Source: a candidate division WOR-3 bacterium
GTDB lineage: Bacteria; Hydrothermota; Tepidihabitantia; Tepidihabitantales; Tepidihabitantaceae
Length of the DNA stretch: 56,809 bases
Direction of reading: 5' to 3'
Assembly: GCA_965648935.1 (NCBI GenBank)
Contig: CBFGIY010000004.1
Coordinates: 1-56,809, forward strand
This document shows, piece by piece, positions 51,728 through 56,809 of the stretch (position 1 is its first letter; every line of letters begins with the position of its first letter). The notes under the pieces are model-generated. The model worked only from the letters and a program-made list of their open reading frames with translations, ran no database searches and was not told the DNA's origin. The position numbers and the translations under genes were made by a program.

Positions 51728-53965
51728 CTAGAAGGTGCGTCCGAGCTGGAAGTGCGGCTCCCACTTGCCGCCGCCTTCCCGGTCAAAACCGTACCCGAAG
51801 TCAAAACCGATCAGGCCAAGCATCGGTATCTCGAGTCGCACACCGACGCCGGCCCCGCGTTTGAGGTCGGAGAGGCTGAACTGGTCGATGGAGTTCCAGG
51901 TGTTGCCGGCATCGCCGAACGCGATGATGGCGAGCTGGGGCGACAGGCGCAGCTTGTACTCGAGCGAGAAGATGGACAGGGCCCGGCCGCCGACGAAGTA
52001 ACCGCCATCGCGCGGGCCGACGCTGCGCTCGCCATACCCGCGAATACCGTCCGGTCCGGTGCCGCCAGGGGTGAAGCGGTCATAGACCGGCACGGTGTCG
52101 GCTTCGGTGAAACCGGTGATGTAGCCCAGCCGGGTCCGGGCCATCAGCCCGAACTTCCAGAACAGCGGGAAGTACTGGCTGGCGTCGACGATGTGGCGGT
52201 GGTAGCGGATGTCGCCGAAGGACAGCCCCAGGCTGTAGGTCAGGGCCGAGCCTGATATCGGGTTGAAGATGTAGTCGCGCGAGTCGCGGGTCAGGGTGAT
52301 GCCGGGCGTGAAAGCGGTCTTGTGAACCGTGTCGCGGTAGACGTTGAACGGGCCGGACGGAGTGTAGCCGGAGCGGACCGAGGTCGGGGGCACGTAGGCA
52401 TCGGAAAGGCGCAGGTTCAGGTAACCGCGAGTGTAGTCGAGCGGCAGCGGGCGCGAAAACGACAGGCCGCCGCCGATTTCCTGCTTCTCGTAGTAGTCGT
52501 AGGTCCGCGTCAGGTAGGAAACATCGGCCCCGGCCGAGGTGGGCGTATCGAACAGCCAGGGCTCGGTGAAACCCAGCTCGACGTTGGTCTTCTTGCCGCC
52601 CCTTTCCAGCTTGACGTTCGCGCGCTGGCCGCGGCCGAAGAGGTTGGGCTGCTGCAGCTCAAGGTAGCCGGTAAGCTTGTCGACGGCAGAATAGGAGACG
52701 CCGGCGCCGATCGTGCCGAAAAAGCCTTTCTCCTTCACCCGGTAGATGAGGTCGATGGCGCCGAGCGTGTCGGCGCGGTTGTAGTCGATGGCCACGTCTT
52801 CGAAGAAGCCGAGATTGAAGATGTCGCGCTGGCTGCGCATCACTTCGGAACGCTTGAAGGTGTATCCGGGCAGCGAGCTGATTTCGCGGCGGATGACCTT
52901 GTCGTGGGTCTGCTCGTTTCCCTCGATCCGAACAAGGCGGACCAGGGCAGGGCTGCCTTCGGTAACCTGGTACAGGATGTCGACGGTGTCGCCGCGGACC
53001 TCCTCGACCGGCGTAACCTGGGCGTAGATGTAGCCCTCCTCGGAGTAAAGCCCGTAGAGGTCGGCGAGCGTGGTCTGGGCCAGCTTGGTGTTGTAGACCT
53101 CGCCGGGCTTGTAACGGACGAGCCGCTCGAGCTGCTCACGGGTCATCACCGACTCGCCGGCAAAGGTCACGGCGCCGAAGTAGTAGCGCTCGCCCTCAAG
53201 CACGTGGATGGCGACATCGACCCAGCCGGCATCGAACTTCATGTCGTAGTCGAGAACGCGCGCGTCGATGAAACCGCGCTGCTTGTAGAACTCGACCACG
53301 CGGTCGAGGTCCTTGATGAACTCGTCTTCCTGCAAACGGCCCTTGCGCAGGAAGGCCCGGGGCTTGTTCTTCAGCTTGCTGGTGACCTGCTTGTCGGTGA
53401 AGAACTCGTTGCCGTAGACCTGGATCGAGCGGATGCGCACCGGCTCGCCTTCGTCGATCTTGTACGTGAGGATGACCTGACCGACCGAGTCCGTGCCAGT
53501 CACCTCGGGCTCGACCTGGACCAGCAGGAAACCTTTCTCCTTGTAGAGCTTCAGTATCTCAGCCCGCCAGTCGAAAAGCTTCTTGTCGGTGAGGACCTCA
53601 CCTTCTTTGGGCTTGACCTTGGCCTCGAGGTCCTTTCTGCGGATGCGGCGGAATCCCTCGAACTCGACCTTGCGCAGCCGCCGGAACTCGCGCACGGCAA
53701 ACGTCACGCTGACGCCGTCGGCGACGCGGGATGTGTCGACGCTGACCTGCTCATAGAGGCCGAGCGAGTAGATTCGCCGTACCGCTTCCTCGATGGCGGT
53801 GCGGAGCCCGGACCGGGTGTAACTCGTGCCTCGCGTGAGCCCGGCAGTCCGGACGACCAGCGCGGTGTCGGTTGCCTGAGTCCGCGCGGCAACCTCGATG
53901 AGCACGACCCGGGCGGTGTCGGGCTGGAACTGGCCGACCAGCAGGGCCAGGAGCAGGGCGTTCAC
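51728..53965 (-). CDS. bamA: outer membrane protein assembly factor BamA
   Basis: 745 aa with multiple POTRA-like repeats (I..I.i.Gn......i), an Omp85 barrel, RGY.. and GN.W motifs, and a terminal QLGRTF. Confidence 0.92.
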   Translation of the reverse strand: MNALLLALLVGQFQPDTARVVLIEVAARTQATDTALVVRTAGLTRGTSYTRSGLRTAIEEAVRRIYSLGLYEQVSVDTSRVADGVSVTFAVREFRRLRKVEFEGFRRIRRKDLEAKVKPKEGEVLTDKKLFDWRAEILKLYKEKGFLLVQVEPEVTGTDSVGQVILTYKIDEGEPVRIRSIQVYGNEFFTDKQVTSKLKNKPRAFLRKGRLQEDEFIKDLDRVVEFYKQRGFIDARVLDYDMKFDAGWVDVAIHVLEGERYYFGAVTFAGESVMTREQLERLVRYKPGEVYNTKLAQTTLADLYGLYSEEGYIYAQVTPVEEVRGDTVDILYQVTEGSPALVRLVRIEGNEQTHDKVIRREISSLPGYTFKRSEVMRSQRDIFNLGFFEDVAIDYNRADTLGAIDLIYRVKEKGFFGTIGAGVSYSAVDKLTGYLELQQPNLFGRGQRANVKLERGGKKTNVELGFTEPWLFDTPTSAGADVSYLTRTYDYYEKQEIGGGLSFSRPLPLDYTRGYLNLRLSDAYVPPTSVRSGYTPSGPFNVYRDTVHKTAFTPGITLTRDSRDYIFNPISGSALTYSLGLSFGDIRYHRHIVDASQYFPLFWKFGLMARTRLGYITGFTEADTVPVYDRFTPGGTGPDGIRGYGERSVGPRDGGYFVGGRALSIFSLEYKLRLSPQLAIIAFGDAGNTWNSIDQFSLSDLKRGAGVGVRLEIPMLGLIGFDFGYGFDREGGGKWEPHFQLGRTF

Positions 53966-56400
53966 TCTTTGACCGGTGTGACCGGCTCGGCCGGCTTCTC
54001 GGCGAAAACCAGGCGGTCGCCGTCGCGGTCGACGAGCACCCGCGAGTTCTCGCGGAACCGGTTGCGCAACAGCTCCTCGGCGAGCGGGTCCTCGATGAGC
54101 CGGCGCAGCGAGCGCTTGATCGGTCGCGCGCCGAACTGCGGGTCAAATCCTTCCTGCACGAGCAGGTCGCGGGCCGGCGCGGTCAGCTCGAGGGTGAGCT
54201 TGCGGGCGCGCAGCCGCTCGGTCAGGTCGCGCAGCTGGATTTCGACTATCTGCTCCATCTGCTCGCGGTCGAGCGGCCGGAACACTATCACCTCGTCGAC
54301 GCGGTTGAGAAACTCGGGTCGGAAGAAGCGCTTGACCTCGGTCATCACCTTGTCCTTGATGGACTCGTAACCCGCGCCCGGCGCCTCGGTCGTGAAGCCG
54401 AAGCCGCTCATCCCGCGAATCTCGGTCGAGGCGATATTGGAGGTCATTATGATGACCGTATTTTTGAAGTTCACGCGCCGGCCGAGCGAGTCGGTGGCCT
54501 GGCCGTCGTCGAGTATCTGCAGCAGGATGTTGAACACGTCGGGGTGGGCCTTTTCGATCTCGTCGAAGAGCACGACCGCGTACTGCTTGCGGCGCACCTT
54601 CTCGGTGAGCTGGCCGCCCTCCTCGTAGCCGACGTAGCCGGGCGGGGCGCCGACGAGCCGCGACACGTTGAACTTCTCCATGTACTCGGACATGTCGAAC
54701 CGGACGAGCGCCTCCTCGTCGCCGAACATGAAGCGGGCAAGCACGCGGGCCAGCTCGGTCTTGCCCACGCCGGTCGGGCCGAGGAAGATGAACGAGCCGA
54801 TCGGTCGGCGCGGGTCCTTCACCCCGGCGCGCGAGCGGCGGATCGCCTTGGCGATGGAGGTGATGGCCTGGTCCTGGCCGACGATGCGCTGCTTGATCTC
54901 GTCTTCCATCCGCAGCAGCCGGGCCGACTCCTTCTCCTCGAGCTTGGCGAGCGGGATGCCGGTCCAGGAAGACACGACGTAGGCGACGTCTTCCTCGGTT
55001 ACGACCGGGAAGCTGCCGCGCTTTTCCCACTCGCGGCGCTTCTTCTTGAGGTATTCGGTCAGCCGCTTCTGCTCGTCGCGGAACTCGGCGGCCTTTTCGA
55101 ACTCCTGGCGCCGGACCGCCTCTTCCTTGGCGCGCGAGGCCTTTTCGATGCGCGCTTCGAGGTCGTCGAGTTCGGGGTTGATGACCGGCCGCATCAGCTT
55201 GACGCGGGAGCCGGCCTCGTCGATGACGTCGATGGCCTTGTCGGGCAGGAACCGGTCCGAGATGTAGCGGTCCGCGAGGTAGGCGGCGGCCTCGAGCGCC
55301 TTGTCCTCGTAGGAGACGTTGTGGTGCAGCTCGTACTTCTCGCGCAGGCCGCCGAGGATGTTGACGGTTTCCTGAACCGACGGCGCCTCGACGAGCACCT
55401 TCTGGAACCGGCGCTCGAGCGCGGAGTGCTTCTCGATGTAGCGGCGGTACTCCTCGAGCGTTGTCGCGCCGATGGCCTGGAGCTCGCCCCGGGCCAGCGC
55501 CGGCTTGAGGATGCTGGATGCGTCAATCGCGCCCTCGGCCGCGCCCGCGCCGACGATGGTGTGCAGTTCGTCGATGAAGATGACGCACTCGCCCTGGTGC
55601 TGGATCTCGTTGATTATCGACTTGAGCCGCTCCTCGAACTGGCCGCGGTACTTCGTGCCGGCGACGATCGCGGCCATGTCGAGCGCGAGCACGCGCCGGT
55701 TCTTGAGGACGCCGGGGATGTTGCCCGACACTATGCGCTGGGCCAGGCCCTCGACGATCGCGGTCTTGCCCACGCCGGCCTCGCCGATGAGCACCGGGTT
55801 GTTCTTCTTGCGCCGGGCCAGAATCTGGATGACACGCTCGATCTCCTTGTCGCGGCCGATGATCGGGTCGAGCTTGTCCTCGCGGGCGAGCTGGGTCAGG
55901 TCGCGCGAGAAGTAGTCCAGCGCCGGGGTCTTGGACTTGGAGCGGGCCGGGCCCTCGCGCTTCTCGCCGCCGAGCAGGCGCACGGTTTCGTTGCGGACGA
56001 TGTCGATGTCCATCCCGAGCGACTGCAGCACCTGGCAGGCCACGCCGCGCTCCTCGCGCAGCAGCCCGAGCAGAAGGTGCTCGGTGCCGATGTAGGTGTG
56101 GTTCATCTTGCGCGCTTCGTCGACCGCGTAGTTCAGGGCCGAGCGCGCCTCCTGGTTGAGCGGCACCTCGCCGAGCACGAGGGTCTCGGAGCCGGTGCTG
56201 ACCGCGTTCTCGACGGCGCGGCGGAGGTCGTCGAGGTTGGTGCCGAGGTTGGCCAGCACCACCGACCCGACGCCCTCGCCTTCCTTGACAAGGCCGAGCA
56301 GCAGGTGCTCGGTGCCGATGTAGTCGTGGTGAAGGCGTATGGCCTCCTGCCGGGCCAGCGCGATGACCTTGCGGACTCTTTCGGTGAATCTCTCTTGCAT
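53962..56400 (-). CDS. clpC: ATP-dependent Clp protease ATP-binding subunit ClpC-type (class I AAA+)
   Basis: Two Clp_N repeats ([11 protein letters not shown] twice), Walker [10 protein letters not shown] and GPTGVGKTE, a UVR-like segment [15 protein letters not shown], and no long ClpB-type middle domain. Confidence 0.92.
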   Translation of the reverse strand: MQERFTERVRKVIALARQEAIRLHHDYIGTEHLLLGLVKEGEGVGSVVLANLGTNLDDLRRAVENAVSTGSETLVLGEVPLNQEARSALNYAVDEARKMNHTYIGTEHLLLGLLREERGVACQVLQSLGMDIDIVRNETVRLLGGEKREGPARSKSKTPALDYFSRDLTQLAREDKLDPIIGRDKEIERVIQILARRKKNNPVLIGEAGVGKTAIVEGLAQRIVSGNIPGVLKNRRVLALDMAAIVAGTKYRGQFEERLKSIINEIQHQGECVIFIDELHTIVGAGAAEGAIDASSILKPALARGELQAIGATTLEEYRRYIEKHSALERRFQKVLVEAPSVQETVNILGGLREKYELHHNVSYEDKALEAAAYLADRYISDRFLPDKAIDVIDEAGSRVKLMRPVINPELDDLEARIEKASRAKEEAVRRQEFEKAAEFRDEQKRLTEYLKKKRREWEKRGSFPVVTEEDVAYVVSSWTGIPLAKLEEKESARLLRMEDEIKQRIVGQDQAITSIAKAIRRSRAGVKDPRRPIGSFIFLGPTGVGKTELARVLARFMFGDEEALVRFDMSEYMEKFNVSRLVGAPPGYVGYEEGGQLTEKVRRKQYAVVLFDEIEKAHPDVFNILLQILDDGQATDSLGRRVNFKNTVIIMTSNIASTEIRGMSGFGFTTEAPGAGYESIKDKVMTEVKRFFRPEFLNRVDEVIVFRPLDREQMEQIVEIQLRDLTERLRARKLTLELTAPARDLLVQEGFDPQFGARPIKRSLRRLIEDPLAEELLRNRFRENSRVLVDRDGDRLVFAEKPAEPVTPVKE

Positions 56401-56409
56401 AGGTTTCCT

Positions 56410-56809
56410 CTAGTCTAGTTCCGGGCGCGATGATGTCAACGCGTCCGGGTCTATAGCGGCCGGGTCGAGCAGACGGGCGAGCTCGGCCGCGGTGTGAACC
56501 GGGGCGGAACAGGTGTGGCCGCGGCAGACATAGGCGGTGGGCCGGTCGGCCATGCCGCGGCGGCCATCGGTCAATGGTATGAGGCGGGCGCTGAGTTCGT
56601 CGGGCCGGTCCGCGGCGAAGACCACGACCGTGTCGCCGGTGTCGCGCGCGGCGAGCGCCGAGCGCATCTGCCGCGCTTCGGGTGACGCGTCGGGCGCGAA
56701 GAGCACGACCTCGGCTCCGGGCCTGAGCAGCAGGTCAAGCGATTCAAGCATCACGCCGAACCCGGTCGGGAACTGGCTGACCAGGGGCCAGAATCGGCGC
56801 AGGGCCGCG
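56410..56809 (-). CDS. C-terminal part of a YyaL/DUF255-like thioredoxin-domain protein (5' end outside window)
   Basis: The frame is open to the window edge. The C-terminus TAYVCRGHTCSAPVHTAAELARLL matches the usual ...AyVC....C..Pv.....l..lL ending of this family. Confidence 0.6.
   Translation of the reverse strand, partial: AALRRFWPLVSQFPTGFGVMLESLDLLLRPGAEVVLFAPDASPEARQMRSALAARDTGDTVVVFAADRPDELSARLIPLTDGRRGMADRPTAYVCRGHTCSAPVHTAAELARLLDPAAIDPDALTSSRPELD

Noticed and set aside
52322-56418. Two long plus-strand ORFs (52322-54370 and 54544-56418) antisense to bamA and clpC
   Set aside because: They are shadow ORFs. The minus-strand products carry full BamA and ClpC signatures.
1-56809. CRISPR arrays, IS elements, prophage or defence-system genes
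   Set aside because: I saw no regularly spaced repeats and no transposase, integrase, restriction, Cas or abortive-infection-like motifs in any of the credible CDSs.

Overview
The window is a GC-rich (about two-thirds G+C by eye), densely packed chromosomal segment from a diderm bacterium. bamA and many predicted lipoproteins and beta-barrels support the diderm call. Three cargo proteins carry FlgD-Ig/T9SS-type C-terminal sorting domains, which suggests an FCB-related or candidate-phylum lineage (inference only). I found no rRNA, CRISPR array, transposase, integrase or phage genes.

Most of the window is housekeeping:
- a stand-alone EF-G2-like paralogue
- ispF, a rhomboid protease and a GT-C glycosyltransferase in one operon
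- thrS-infC-rpmI-rplT, followed by tRNA-Pro(GGG)
- cspA
- folK, a deoxynucleoside kinase, panB, panC and dnaN
- trpS-ispD-dxr-rseP
- the alpha ribosomal operon rpsM-rpsK-rpsD-rpoA-rplQ
- rsfS and ptsN
- radC, folE2 and a glutamine amidotransferase
- yyaL-like, clpC and bamA

Genes are often joined by 4-nt ATGA/GTGA overlaps. Nearly all other long ORFs in the six-frame track are antisense shadow ORFs typical of high-GC DNA.

Items worth a second look:
1. An in-frame TGA at 20739 falls inside a folded domain of a secreted protein. A SECIS-like hairpin with a GGUC loop follows it.
2. A leaderless operon encodes a split DUF2229 pair, an HgdC/BcrAD-type activase ATPase and a Memo-AMMECR1 (AmmeMemoRadiSam B-A) fusion. 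No radical SAM partner is adjacent.
3. Two clusters of uncharacterised envelope proteins. One includes a ComEA-like HhH domain fused to a barrel-like region.
4. A strict TTGACn-N16-TAnnnT promoter grammar. Seven start codons, several of them non-AUG, lie 5-8 nt after the -10 element, which implies leaderless mRNAs.
5. A gap of about 650 nt with no credible ORF upstream of rpsM.
6. A B12-radical-SAM-like protein with a degenerate cysteine motif at the end of the MEP/rseP operon.

All family assignments come from reading motifs by eye. No database search was run.
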